Shown: in pieces, positions 21,456-32,349 of the stretch | How the letters are laid out: each line of letters begins with the position of its first letter | Position numbering within the stretch: the stretch's first letter is position 1 | From: Wickerhamiella versatilis | Lineage: Eukaryota | Length of the DNA stretch: 64,000 nt | Assembly: GCA_030867685.1 (NCBI GenBank) | Contig: JAQOWU010000001.1 | Coordinates: 620,001-684,000 of the forward strand | Direction of reading: 5' to 3' | Notes under the pieces: model-generated | The model's database searches: none | The model's input: only the letters and a program-made list of their open reading frames with translations | Told to the model about the DNA's origin: nothing | Made by a program: the position numbers and the translations under genes

Positions 21456-21811
21456 ACGATCTAACAGCCTTTAGCTGTAAGCCCATCCTTATATAATGGA
21501 AAACTCAGATGGATTCTACTATTTGTGCTATTAGTCCTAGATGCAATAAGCAGTGCCACCGTAGTGGTTGGTGATTGTATCAATTATCTATGATTAGAGA
21601 AATATTCGTGGTGTTAGCGCTCAGCCATGCAGACGCAAAATATATCTAATTGAAATAATTTCTGCCACGTCCTTTCCAGCAATGATGTAGTTGGTAGGTT
21701 GGGTCACATTCCTGACCTCTTGAAATTGAGGAGGGGACTGTTGCACTAATCAAAGACATAGAAAAAATGCTGGGAGACAAAGAAAGCAAATTATAATAGA
21801 GAGCATATTAA

Positions 21812-22600
21812 CTAGTTGATCTGCCCGCGCAGAACCCCGTAGTAGTATGGTAAAGTGGTGAGACGCACGACAACATATAATACTGAAGCACTTGCAATTG
21901 GGATACTCAAGTTATCGTCTATCACAGGGTACAATTCCGATATTGCAACAGTGATTCCAGCAAGAATAGCGTAGCCCCAGAGAGGTAGTTTTGAAAGCTC
22001 TTCATGGTATGCAATCGCACTCGGAGGATTATATTGGGGATAAAGTGGGAGAAGGACGCGATATACCAAGTAAGTGCTAGCCACACCTACGACAAAAGCA
22101 GCAGCAGAGCCGGCAAGGCTTTTACCTCCTTTTACCTTAGGGGTGAGATATCCCCACTGACGACCCGCCGTGGACGCGGCAAGATCTGCCCATGACAACA
22201 AAAATATGGATAGGAAACATACATCCCGAGGAAAACAAGTGAAGACGGTAATCAACCCAACAAGATACCAAATCACACCATTAACTGCACCATCCTTCTC
22301 TGTTTTTCTCATGAGAGGTCCCACAACCGCTATATAGGCACGGTTCCATGCGGGAGATCGTAGCCGAAGTATCTCCAGTATTACAATTGGAATCAGACAC
22401 GCGACCAGAATCGGTGTAACCTGATGAAGTACTACTCCTTGAGAGTACAGAAATGTAGAAAAGATTGCAATTCCACCATGGAGTAACTTCCGTGGCACTT
22501 CATTTTTTTGAACCCAACTAGTCTGTTTCACGGGCTTAGCTTCATCCGCTGGAGCTCCATGCTTTTCATGCTCCTTCTCATGCCGCGACAAGTGCGGCAT
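21812..22600 (-). CDS. DGK1: CTP-dependent diacylglycerol kinase
   Basis: EVPRKLLH, NGVIWYLVG, LLSWADLAASTAGR, KSLAGS, DDNLSIP. Confidence 0.9.
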   Translation of the reverse strand: MPHLSRHEKEHEKHGAPADEAKPVKQTSWVQKNEVPRKLLHGGIAIFSTFLYSQGVVLHQVTPILVACLIPIVILEILRLRSPAWNRAYIAVVGPLMRKTEKDGAVNGVIWYLVGLITVFTCFPRDVCFLSIFLLSWADLAASTAGRQWGYLTPKVKGGKSLAGSAAAFVVGVASTYLVYRVLLPLYPQYNPPSAIAYHEELSKLPLWGYAILAGITVAISELYPVIDDNLSIPIASASVLYVVVRLTTLPYYYGVLRGQIN

Positions 22601-22944
22601 AACGCTTATGTCACGCGCCTTCCCTTCGAAAATACTTCTATGGAACCCAACGCGTCTAGAGCTGAACTAACAATGCCTAGAGCTAGCGAGGTGGATAATA
22701 AAAGTCATCGAAACTAACAAAAGCTAACTGTTACTTGGTTTCTCGACCTGCGAAAAAAAAACGGTATTTTAACAAGGTACTGTGGTTTAGCACTTTAACA
22801 GGCCCCAGAATGTATGGATTTAACGTTTTCCAAGGTTGCTAAACGATCTGCATTGTATTTTCATTTTCGATTTCAGCAGAAAATTTTATCAAATCTCATT
22901 ACAGCGAGTAAGTACTTTGAATCGCTTGATCATATCGATTTCAT

Positions 22945-23016
22945 GGTCGTATGGTGTAGTGGTGAGCATCACAGGTTTTGATCCTGTTGACCCCGGTTCG
23001 AACCCGGGTACGACCT
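22945..23016 (+). tRNA. tRNA-Gln (anticodon TTG), intronless
   Basis: Acceptor GGTCGTA/TACGACC, A box TGGTGTAGTGG, anticodon arm ACAGG-TTTTGAT-CCTGT, T loop GGTTCGAACCC, oligo-T terminator follows. Confidence 0.97.
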
Positions 23017-23335
23017 ATTTTTTTTCTTTCTCTGTTTGACCTCTCACCACCATAGCTTTATTCTACAGAATTTTTCATATCATTGGACTTTTTTATAACG
23101 TGAATTATCAGACTGGAAATACAGAATTTTTTTTATTTTGTTCGTGGTGCACAGGAACGCTGATCAGTGTGAAATCAAACAAATACAAACGCTATAACCG
23201 AGGATATCCTATCGAAAAACAAAAGCTTACATCAGGACCAAATATTGTATAGTTTTATAACGCACTAATAGAGTGCTTTGTTGAGTCTGCTCTCTTGTTA
23301 AAACCAACTAAATAACTCGCTGAGTCAGCAAGCCG

Positions 23336-23905
23336 ATGATTCTGTCGACCGTGCTGAGTCGTTGGGCACTGGCTGGTGTTGGTGTCACTAATGCTGGGGT
23401 GGGTCTTGCTGGGGGTATTCTGCCGCGTCTAGGTGACCTTATTCCCTGGTCTTGGGGACGCTCAGCTGAGGTCGATACCAGTGTGCTTGAGGCAGCTCCC
23501 AAAAAGCGCACGTCACATCAGAAAAAGCGTCAGAGACAGTTAGCAGGCAACAACCAGCGTAAGCCGTTGCGAAATATCAACAGATGTCCCTCATGTGGCC
23601 ACTATAAGCGTGCCCATACACTTTGCATGAATTGCGTGCAAGAAATCCAGCGTGTTTGGCGTGCAAAGGAGAGACAGGAGACCGAGTCACAGGTGGACAA
23701 GTCGAAGATATATGATTCTGAGCGTCTTTCTCCCGAAGATACGGCCTTCAACTATCCCTCACGAGTGGAGCGCCCGTCTCTTTACAGCGAAAAGCTGCAA
23801 CGTCGTCACGAGTATGTTTTGAGCTATCCCCGAAGCCTAGTCGCTAAACCACCGCAGAAAAAGGAGCGACAAGTGCCCCTTGTGCAGCGAAAACCTTACG
23901 AATAA
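23336..23905 (+). CDS. MRPL32: Mitochondrial ribosomal protein bL32m
   Basis: Long presequence, then AAPKKRTSHQKKR and CPSCGHYKRAHTLCMNC. Confidence 0.93.
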   Translation: MILSTVLSRWALAGVGVTNAGVGLAGGILPRLGDLIPWSWGRSAEVDTSVLEAAPKKRTSHQKKRQRQLAGNNQRKPLRNINRCPSCGHYKRAHTLCMNCVQEIQRVWRAKERQETESQVDKSKIYDSERLSPEDTAFNYPSRVERPSLYSEKLQRRHEYVLSYPRSLVAKPPQKKERQVPLVQRKPYE

Positions 23906-24099
23906 TGCAAACGAGGGTGATCTATATGTTTATTGATAAATGTTGCAGGGTTTTTTCAGCATTTTTTCCGTTGAAAGCAGTATTCGTGATGCATGCTTCA
24001 TTTTTAAAAAACTAGAAAGATGTACATATGTGTATAATTCCAAGTCGCCGGGTGTATTACATAACAAATTTTTTCATTCACGATAGTGTTGTTCCGCAG

Positions 24100-25380
24100 A
24101 TGAAGCCGCATCCTCTCGGAGTGCTACCAACAGGCAATACTTTCCTAGATGATGAATATAGCAGGACAAAATCAATGGGAATGCTTGGACTTTTGAATGA
24201 TGAATTGCTCATGGTCGTACTTCAGGACCTCCCGCCCAAGGATTTACTCAACGTTGGCTATACATGCAAAGCACTTTATGCGTATGCTTCATTCGATGAG
24301 CTCTGGAAGCATCATGTGTATGCGAACCCCCCTAGCAAGTGGTTTGGAAGCTGGCGTAGTACCTATCTCAGTAGACAAGGCCCACGAATTGATGCTACTG
24401 GGAAAGTTTATTCTGATTTTTTGCATCGACCCTGGGAGCTTAGCCAAATCCAATATAATAAAATCATTACCTCGACTGATAAGAACTTGTTACCTCTTTA
24501 TCAGGAGCAGGAGATGACCCCAGATAAATTTGATGAATTCGGCTACACCAGTCCATTCATGGTTCAATTAAGCAATCCTGTGGCTCGCTGGACAGCTGAT
24601 GACCTAAAAAAGGAGTTTGGAGATGTGGTGTTTCAACAAGAATATATGGACTGGCCACTCTCGCTATATGTGGACTTTATGAGGAATAATGATGACGAAA
24701 CACCATTGTATCTATTTGATTGCAGATCAGAGGCTCATAGTCGACTTGCATGGCAGCCGCCTTGTCCTCATCTCTTCGGTAGGGACAGAGATTATTTTAC
24801 CCTTTTGGAAAACAAGCGACCTGACCATAGATGGTTGATTATAGGTCCACCCCGAAGTGGGTCAAAATTTCACAAGGACCCCAATGCAACTAGCGCATGG
24901 AATGCGGTAATTAGTGGCCACAAATACTGGATTTTCTTTCCTCCATCTAGCCCCCCGCCAGGAGTGACAACTGATGCGGACCAGGGAGAGGTCACTTCCC
25001 CACTGTCGTTAGCAGAATGGTTTGCGTCGGGATTTTATGAGGATGCATTAGAAAGACCAGACTTCAAGCATGCTATTCAAAAGCCAGGCCAATGCATGTA
25101 TGTACCCTCAGGATGGTGGCACTGTGTTGTAAACCTCGATGAGTGCGTTGCGCTTACCGGTAATTTCGTAGCGGAACCACAATTGCGAACAGTTTTAAAA
25201 TTCTTGCGAGATAAACCTGATCAAATAAGCGGTTTCAGCGAGGATGTAGATGCCTTTTCTTTGTTTTATGATGCCGTCCGTACCCGCAAACCAGATTTGG
25301 TAGAGAAACGTCGAAAGCGACATTGGACTGATGTCGTACATACTGATAACGACCAACCCTTTTCCTTCGGGTTTGCTTAG
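24100..25380 (+). CDS. F-box and JmjC domain protein (JMJD6-like)
   Basis: PHPLGVLPTGN, F-box-like L.DELL..VL..L, PLYLFD, WLIIGPPRSGSKFHKDPNATSAWN, VPSGWWH. Confidence 0.85.
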   Translation: MKPHPLGVLPTGNTFLDDEYSRTKSMGMLGLLNDELLMVVLQDLPPKDLLNVGYTCKALYAYASFDELWKHHVYANPPSKWFGSWRSTYLSRQGPRIDATGKVYSDFLHRPWELSQIQYNKIITSTDKNLLPLYQEQEMTPDKFDEFGYTSPFMVQLSNPVARWTADDLKKEFGDVVFQQEYMDWPLSLYVDFMRNNDDETPLYLFDCRSEAHSRLAWQPPCPHLFGRDRDYFTLLENKRPDHRWLIIGPPRSGSKFHKDPNATSAWNAVISGHKYWIFFPPSSPPPGVTTDADQGEVTSPLSLAEWFASGFYEDALERPDFKHAIQKPGQCMYVPSGWWHCVVNLDECVALTGNFVAEPQLRTVLKFLRDKPDQISGFSEDVDAFSLFYDAVRTRKPDLVEKRRKRHWTDVVHTDNDQPFSFGFA

Positions 25381-25479
25381 TGTGCCTTTTCTGCATAAGA
25401 AACGCATTCAAAGAATTAAGGCCTTATTTAGTACATAGCTATAGTACACTAAATTGTGTTCGAGCGTAACAAGAGAAAG

Positions 25480-26895
25480 TTACATCATGCTGCACTTGGA
25501 ACAGCAGCCCTCAGACTCTTTCTCTGCTTCCTGAGCCTTGGATGCAGCGCTATCCTTGGCTGGTGCTCCCTTAGAAGCGCCCTCTCCTTCACCGGCTTTC
25601 TCTTGAATACCCTCGGGAAGCTTAGACTTGGCCTCATCCACCTTACCTTGCGCATCCTTGGGGAGCTTGGACTCTGCCTCGCCAACCTTACCCTGCGCAT
25701 CTTTAGGTACCTTGGATTGCACCTCATCTATCTTCTTCTGAGCACCCTCAGGGATCTTGGCCTCGTCAACCTTCTTCTGAGCACCCTCAGGGAGCTTGGA
25801 CTCAAGGTCATTAACCTGCTTCTGAGCACCTTCTGGGAGCTTAGACTTAGCTTCACCAACAGTTCCTCCAGAGGTGCCAGCAGTATCTGGCTTACTAGAT
25901 GATCCGGCAGCTGATTTGGTGGCATCCTTAGATCCAGAAGCACCAGAGGCACCGGCAGCACCAACACTAGCAGCACCAGCACCGGCAGCACCAACACCGG
26001 CAGCAGCACCAGCACCAGAGCCAGCACCAGAGCCAGCACCATCAATACCAGCACCATCAAGGCCAGCACCGGCAGATTTGCTAGCACCGGCATCTGCACC
26101 TGCACCGAGACCTGCAGACTTGTCAGCAGTAGCATCTGCACCCGCACTTGGAGACTTATCCGTGCCACCAGTAGCAGTAGCATCTGCGCTTGAAGACTTG
26201 TCCTTACCACTAGTAGCAGCAGCACCTGCGCCTGCGGCGCCGGCAGCACCCGCGGCGCCAGCGGTTCCAGCAGCATCGGCATCAGCGGCACCCTCAGTGG
26301 CACTGGATTCAGGGAATGCCTTTGAGACGACTAGAGCAAACTCCTTGCCCTGTGCAAAAGCAATCTCCTTTTCGAGCTTGCTAGGTTTGCGAGAACCGTC
26401 AGCGCCAGCAATTGTACCGGCACCCCAAGGCGATGACCCATGAACCTCTTCGAGATTGGTTAGTTCAAGGAATACGGGCTTATAGCCAAGAGGCACGAAG
26501 TTGATTCCGTGGTGAGCCAAAATACCAACAGTGTTTTTCACGGTCGTCTCCTGACCGCCACCAAGCGTACCTGTGGAGACAAAGACTCCGGCGTACTTAC
26601 CGGCGTACCCCGCAGTGGCCCATTGAGCACCAGTGGCATCAATGAGAGCCTTGAAGGCGTACGGGAAAGTGCCAAAACGAGTGGGAATACCAATCAGAAA
26701 TCCATCGTACTTAGTGATATCTTCAGGAGTTGCGATGGGAAGACCCTCGGCGGCTGAAGCATCAGCTTGCTCCCCTGTGGGGAACTGTAGGAGATCAACC
26801 GACGCTCCAGTGGACTTAATACCCTCAACTTCAGATTCGGCAAGGTCTAGAATGTGACCATATGTCGAATACACAAGAACTGCAAACTTAGCCAT
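25480..26895 (-). CDS. YCP4: Flavodoxin-like NAD(P)H:quinone oxidoreductase, Ycp4 type, with long C-terminal extension
   Basis: YSTYGH, GIPTRFG, GGGQETT, SPWGAGT; ends CCSKCSMM (Cys-rich CaaX-like, as in Ycp4). Confidence 0.8.
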   Translation of the reverse strand: MAKFAVLVYSTYGHILDLAESEVEGIKSTGASVDLLQFPTGEQADASAAEGLPIATPEDITKYDGFLIGIPTRFGTFPYAFKALIDATGAQWATAGYAGKYAGVFVSTGTLGGGQETTVKNTVGILAHHGINFVPLGYKPVFLELTNLEEVHGSSPWGAGTIAGADGSRKPSKLEKEIAFAQGKEFALVVSKAFPESSATEGAADADAAGTAGAAGAAGAAGAGAAATSGKDKSSSADATATGGTDKSPSAGADATADKSAGLGAGADAGASKSAGAGLDGAGIDGAGSGAGSGAGAAAGVGAAGAGAASVGAAGASGASGSKDATKSAAGSSSKPDTAGTSGGTVGEAKSKLPEGAQKQVNDLESKLPEGAQKKVDEAKIPEGAQKKIDEVQSKVPKDAQGKVGEAESKLPKDAQGKVDEAKSKLPEGIQEKAGEGEGASKGAPAKDSAASKAQEAEKESEGCCSKCSMM

Positions 26896-27262
26896 TACTT
26901 CGACGTGTTACCCAAAGGAAACAGATTATTAAAATAAGCAGGAAACTACTGGAAGGGGCGATTAGTTCAGCCATGCGATTATCTAACGATGCATCGCAAT
27001 CCAACCACACGATAGCGGGGTTTCGTGAGCTTCTTCGTAAAGAAATACAGTGATAGGTATATAATTTGCAGGATTGATCGTGTACTGCTCTCTTTAAACT
27101 TTTTCAATGAAGGGATCAATCACACGATGCGGATCACTAGTCTTATTACTGTTACAAATCCGGTAATCCGAGTACTGTTTTGTCATTCAGATTACGTGGC
27201 TATGCCTTGGAGTGACGGTATATAAGGGTACATTTGTAATTGCTGTAAGTACACGTCGAACA

Positions 27263-27871
27263 ATGGCTCCTAAGATCGCAATCGTGTACTATTCTACCTA
27301 CGGGCACATCCGAACAACTGCTCACGCAGTCCAGAAGGGTGTTGAGGCTGCTGGTGGCAAGGCTGATGTCTTCCAGGTGCCTGAGACCCTTTCTTCAGAG
27401 GTTCTCTCTAAGATGGGAGCGCCTCCCAAGTCTGATGACCCAGTTGTTACTGGTGCCGATGTGACTCAGTATGATGGTATCCTCTTCGGTGTACCTACCC
27501 GGTTTGGAACCCTTCCAGCCCAGTGGAAGGCCTGGTGGGATGCTACTGGTGGTCTTTGGGCCTCTGGCGCCTTTGCCGGTAAGTTCGCTGGTTTCTTCGT
27601 CTCCACAAGTACGCCCGGTGGTGGCCAGGAAACCACTATTTCCAACTCCCTCAGTGTGCTGGTCCACCATGGTTTCATCTTTGTCCCACTTGGTTACGCC
27701 TCGGCCTTCCCGCTGTTGACGAACCTTGACGAGGTTCATGGTGGTAGCCCATGGGGTGCAGGCACTTATGCTGGTCCTGACGGCTCCCGGAAACCATCGA
27801 AGCTCGAGCTCGAAATTGCTGAGACTCAGGGCAAGACGTTCTACGAGACTGTTGCTAAGGCAGCTAAATAA
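27263..27871 (+). CDS. PST2: Flavodoxin-like WrbA-family quinone oxidoreductase
   Basis: [32 protein letters not shown]; divergent from YCP4. Confidence 0.88.
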   Translation: MAPKIAIVYYSTYGHIRTTAHAVQKGVEAAGGKADVFQVPETLSSEVLSKMGAPPKSDDPVVTGADVTQYDGILFGVPTRFGTLPAQWKAWWDATGGLWASGAFAGKFAGFFVSTSTPGGGQETTISNSLSVLVHHGFIFVPLGYASAFPLLTNLDEVHGGSPWGAGTYAGPDGSRKPSKLELEIAETQGKTFYETVAKAAK

Positions 27872-28003
27872 ATTAGTTATTTACAAAATGTTCAATAATT
27901 AGGATTCTTATTCGCTCAATTGTCTTCCCCCACCCCCGCAAATTATACAACTAATAGAAAGCAATGGCTACTTTGGTACAAGAATATTATGTAGTGTTTT
28001 GTC

Positions 28004-28516
28004 ATGAAAGAAGATGGGAATTTTTTGCGGGCTGCTGCCAGGGCTTGCTACGGTACATCTTTAAGTCCTTTTCTCGTACGATGGGCTGAAGCTTATCCAG
28101 ATTCTGGGAGCTTTCCACCTGAATTTGCCTGCCCGGAGTGCAAGCAGATCTGGGTTCCTTGTGTAACGTGCTCAGTACGTGTGCAACGACAGGCTCGCAC
28201 GCGAAACAAAAACAAACGAGCTAGAAGCCGTGCTTCTCGTAAAAAGCAAGCCTATATTAGGTTCGTGGAGACGCGCAAGGGCGACGATTTCAGGCCACGA
28301 GACACTGCAATGGTGAGCTATAAATGTTTTAATTGTGGAAATCAGATAGCATTCACAGTGGTGCTAAGAGAAGATCCGAAGAAAAATAGTCGAAGAAAAC
28401 CACCTTCTCAGAAACATGATCCAAAAAGTGAGCAGAGACCGCAAAAGGAAAAGGAGCAAAAGCAAAAGCCACCTCTGTTGAAGCCAAGCCTTTCCCTAAA
28501 TGATTTTCTCCTCTAA
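28004..28516 (+). CDS. RNase P/MRP zinc-ribbon subunit (Rpr2/Snm1/Rpp21 family)
   Basis: NFL..AA, CPEC...PCVTCSVRV, CFNCG, basic tail ending SLNDFL. Confidence 0.65.
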   Translation: MKEDGNFLRAAARACYGTSLSPFLVRWAEAYPDSGSFPPEFACPECKQIWVPCVTCSVRVQRQARTRNKNKRARSRASRKKQAYIRFVETRKGDDFRPRDTAMVSYKCFNCGNQIAFTVVLREDPKKNSRRKPPSQKHDPKSEQRPQKEKEQKQKPPLLKPSLSLNDFLL

Positions 28517-28621
28517 TATTTTATTTTATATTTATAATTGCATATGAATGATATATATAACCTGATATAGATCAAGGTTCGATTTATCTGCAGACAATCA
28601 GAGCGCTGCCTAAGCACTGTG

Positions 28622-29905
28622 ATGCTTGAGGCACTGTCCCGAGTCCTTGCTGAAAGTCCCCAATTTACAGAGTCACGTAAAGCATCATTGTACTCTAACT
28701 TTGGAAGGCTTCAAAAAACAAACCCTGATGGTTTCGATGCCAACATCAAGGCATGGAAGGGTGTGTTGCTTCAGTCGCTAAATCGCGGATGTTTCGAAGA
28801 TAAATGCGCCATTACTGCAGGACAACCACTTCTGGAGGCTTTCTCTGATGTTAAGTGGGGAATTCCTCTTGCACTTAATACGGTATTCGATGAACTGGTG
28901 AAAGATAAAGACTTAGTTTCTTCGGAGATTTTTTTGGGGTCATCCTTACCTGTACTCAAGACATCTTGGCGACCGTGGTCTCTCACAAAGGCAGGTTTAG
29001 GCTGGGTAGCCTCTCACATTATTGATATGAATTGGCATTCAGGCGAACTAGGCACTCTCAGGTCGGAAAAATATATTGTGGTCGAACGACTGGCAGGGAT
29101 AGCAAATGACCTATTAGCGAAACTTAGGGCAGAAATGTATTCTCAAGGAAATTCTTGGTGTTCTCGAGTTTTTTTTGCCGATGATTGCCACAAAATTTAT
29201 CCTGGGTTGTCAGATTTAGACCTTCAGTGCTGTCTTATTTATTTGAGTCGTGAAAAGGGCATTATTGGATACGACAAAACAATCAACACAATAAGTTTGT
29301 CGGGTAACATAACTGAAGACGAGCGTTTTTTGAGTTCTGTCCGACAGCAACTGCGCGAGCTGAATGCACGACATGCGGCCCTCGAACGACAAATTATTTC
29401 TGTCAACGACGAGGCAAAAGCGTACGTCATGAACGATAAAGCCCGAGCAAGGCGCTTATGCCGCTCTAAGGCGACCCTTGAGCGTAGTGCGAAGCACGTT
29501 TCAAATCTTGTTGATCAATTAGAGACAGTTTTGCAGAAGCTCGACGAGTCACATGATAATGTTCGAAGCATTGAGGCACTTAAACAGTCCAACAAACTTT
29601 TGGCTAAATCAACTGCACAAACTGAGCTTGATTCTGTTGATAAATTGATTGATGACCTCCAGGCCAATTTCTCATTAGCCGACGATATGAGTGAAGCAGT
29701 GAGCGGGCTGAATCTTAAGTCGCCCGAAGAAGACATAGAGGAAGAACTGGAGGAAATTGAGCGAGAGGCCATTACAGATGAGCAATTAGACAACCTACCA
29801 AACGCTCCAACCGATAAGCCGATTTCTAATTTGGATGCGGATGCAAATGCAAATGCTAAGCAAGATCTGCCCGAGAAGAAAAAAGCAACGCCTCTTGCCC
29901 TTTAA
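28622..29905 (+). CDS. CHM7: CHMP7-like ESCRT-II/III hybrid protein
   Basis: R.ASLYSNF..L...NPDGFDANIKAW N-terminus; Snf7-like C-terminal half. Confidence 0.85.
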   Translation: MLEALSRVLAESPQFTESRKASLYSNFGRLQKTNPDGFDANIKAWKGVLLQSLNRGCFEDKCAITAGQPLLEAFSDVKWGIPLALNTVFDELVKDKDLVSSEIFLGSSLPVLKTSWRPWSLTKAGLGWVASHIIDMNWHSGELGTLRSEKYIVVERLAGIANDLLAKLRAEMYSQGNSWCSRVFFADDCHKIYPGLSDLDLQCCLIYLSREKGIIGYDKTINTISLSGNITEDERFLSSVRQQLRELNARHAALERQIISVNDEAKAYVMNDKARARRLCRSKATLERSAKHVSNLVDQLETVLQKLDESHDNVRSIEALKQSNKLLAKSTAQTELDSVDKLIDDLQANFSLADDMSEAVSGLNLKSPEEDIEEELEEIEREAITDEQLDNLPNAPTDKPISNLDADANANAKQDLPEKKKATPLAL

Positions 29906-29957
29906 CCAGCATAGGATCATCATATATATTTAGCATAGAAATCTTAATTTAAGCTAT

Positions 29958-31652
29958 TCAAACGTCTGCGAGGAAATTAGAGGGCGCGAGACCGAAACGT
30001 TGGGCCCCGAGAACCTCAGAATCCCACCAACCGTCTTCTTGTAGATATGTTATAAGCAAAATGTCTCCCTTTCGGAAAGAAACCTCTTCTGGAATGGCAG
30101 CACGGTAGTCATATAATGCACGGCTATGCTTGAGCACCCTTCTGCCGTCAGATGTTCGTTGCGGCAGCCTCGGTTGGGAACTTGCCCTTTGCGAAGGACT
30201 AGAAACTTCCTTTCTGGTCGGACGTGCTTCTCTCTGAGCCCGTTTCATTGAATCGTTGCTTGGTGAGGTTACCATGCCATTATTATACGGATTAACATAC
30301 TGGTTCCGTGGTTGCTGTGGTTGGATTGTAGGCTGAGGTGCCATTTGGGGCATACTCTGGGGTCGTGGCTTTTTGGGAGCACTGGATGTCTTCAGCTGCT
30401 CTAGAGCTGCAAGTAAGGGGTCATCTGATGAGGTTTCTGTAGTAGGTGCATAGCTCACTGGCCGTGGGGCTAACTCAGGTTGGATCTGGGTGCGCAGCAA
30501 ACCTGCAGAGCTTGATGTTGGCACATGGTTGGGCTCTGCAGATACAGATGACCGGGATGGATGGTTGAGATGCAAATCTGGTGAACTCTGACGTTTGAAT
30601 GGCATCGCCCACGAGCGTCGCTTCTCAGTCCTAGGAGAATTGCTCGACACAGACGTTCCCTCAGAGCTGTATACGCTCATAGTAGGCGAAGACATAGCTG
30701 GAGAGGATGCTTGTGACGAATTAGCATAAGGCTGTAGATCTGGAATTTTTGTCGATGAAAAGTTTGCAACTTTGTAGTGGCCATCGTCCTCTCTGCTGAA
30801 TCGCCCAAGGAAATTTGTGAATTCCGGTGCATCTTGCATTTGAGAACCAGTCCCAAATTGCTGTGCGTAATGCTCAATATCCTTTTCCGCTTCGCATCGC
30901 TCTAGTGCGACACGAATACGCTCGCAGCATTCATCATCATTCACGCATACTGTTGATACAGCATTCGCATAGGCCCACAGGTTCGACTTGAAGAACTTGA
31001 TTCGCTCTTCCTCAAGTTCTTGGAGCCGATCACAGCTGTCCTTCCATTCCCGATTCCATTGATCAATACTTTGTGCCAAAACTTTTAGCGCTCCCCGGTA
31101 CTGAGCTTCCAGGCCTTCCACGTTGAACTTAGCCTTATCGAGTTTCTGGTTATTCTTCTCAAGTTGCTGACCCATTAGCAAGTTTTGCTGTGCCTGGTGA
31201 CCAGTGATCTTATGACACTCAGTTTCATAGCGCGCTCTAGCCTTCTTGGCCGTGGCATTATGGGCTTCCTTGGCCTTGGTGAGCTGAGCCATGTTATCTT
31301 CAATCGTCTTTCTTCGATCTCTTAGTGATGCGGACACTTTCTCTAGTGGTGCATTTAGTTGTTCCGCTATCTGACGAGCCGTTGCTTCGTGGGAGCGAGA
31401 CATTGTTTCTGTGGTTGCACGGACAGTGTCAAGGGACAGCCTAAGTGAACCTGTCTCATTCTGTCCAAGCGGCTTTTTAGCCAAGGCAGATAATTTACGA
31501 GAGTATTCCTGCTCTATATTCATTCGTTCGCGATAATAGGACGTCAATTCTTCACACGTCTGCTTCGACTGGTGCATACGCTGAATGAGCCGGTGGTACC
31601 CGGCATCATCCTTCCCCCAGAATCTATTTGAAAATGTGAGCGCAGGTTCCAT
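29958..31652 (-). CDS. HOF1: F-BAR + SH3 cytokinesis protein (Hof1/Cdc15 family)
   Basis: FSNRFWGKDDAG, ERMNIEQEYSRKL, C-terminal SH3 ALYDY...DGWW...PSNF. Confidence 0.88.
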   Translation of the reverse strand: MEPALTFSNRFWGKDDAGYHRLIQRMHQSKQTCEELTSYYRERMNIEQEYSRKLSALAKKPLGQNETGSLRLSLDTVRATTETMSRSHEATARQIAEQLNAPLEKVSASLRDRRKTIEDNMAQLTKAKEAHNATAKKARARYETECHKITGHQAQQNLLMGQQLEKNNQKLDKAKFNVEGLEAQYRGALKVLAQSIDQWNREWKDSCDRLQELEEERIKFFKSNLWAYANAVSTVCVNDDECCERIRVALERCEAEKDIEHYAQQFGTGSQMQDAPEFTNFLGRFSREDDGHYKVANFSSTKIPDLQPYANSSQASSPAMSSPTMSVYSSEGTSVSSNSPRTEKRRSWAMPFKRQSSPDLHLNHPSRSSVSAEPNHVPTSSSAGLLRTQIQPELAPRPVSYAPTTETSSDDPLLAALEQLKTSSAPKKPRPQSMPQMAPQPTIQPQQPRNQYVNPYNNGMVTSPSNDSMKRAQREARPTRKEVSSPSQRASSQPRLPQRTSDGRRVLKHSRALYDYRAAIPEEVSFRKGDILLITYLQEDGWWDSEVLGAQRFGLAPSNFLADV

Positions 31653-31837
31653 CGCTTAGTTGGAGTGGCGACGGTGGCTGGGAAAATGATCTGTGCATCT
31701 TGCACTGTTGACACATTACCCAATGCGGTAATGCCAGCCACAGCAGTAATTAGCTTCATATGTTATGTAATATAGGGCTTCAGCCCTTGGGATGGTGCAC
31801 TCATCTCACCTCTGGCAGCTCGAATTGGATCGACATC

Positions 31838-32182
31838 ATGGCTGGGAAGTCGGCATTGAACGAGGTCGTCACGCGCGACTATACGATCCACATGAACAAG
31901 CGGATCCACGGTACGCAGTTCAAGCGCCGGGCACCAAAGGCGGTGCGCGTCGTGAAGGCGTTCGCTACCAAGGAGATGGGCACCAAGGACGTTCGTCTTG
32001 ACCCACTCCTCAACAAGGCTCTCTGGGCACAGGGCGTTCAGGGTGTGCCTAGGCGTATTCGTGTGCGTATCAGCCGCAAGCGTAACGACGAGGAGGACGC
32101 AAAGGAGAAGCTGTTCTCCTACGTGCAGGCTGTAAACGTTGACTCAACCAAGGGCCTCCACACCACCACCGTTGACGAGTAA
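31838..32182 (+). CDS. RPL31: 60S ribosomal protein L31 (eL31)
   Basis: EVVTRDYTIH, FKRRAPKAV, RIRVRISRKRNDEEDAKE; ATG at 31838. Confidence 0.97.
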   Translation: MAGKSALNEVVTRDYTIHMNKRIHGTQFKRRAPKAVRVVKAFATKEMGTKDVRLDPLLNKALWAQGVQGVPRRIRVRISRKRNDEEDAKEKLFSYVQAVNVDSTKGLHTTTVDE

Positions 32183-32349
32183 ATTAATCTCTATTACCCT
32201 TAAAAGTATGGCATGCGCTTGCCGCATGGTAAAGAGCTGAGTTAGCATTGTCGATAAGAGAGTATCCCGAAATCATGCGGGCTAGCTGCTGGTTTCACTG
32301 TCTAGTGTAGACTATATTTTAGCGAGTCAGCTTATGTTATTTTTTAGTA

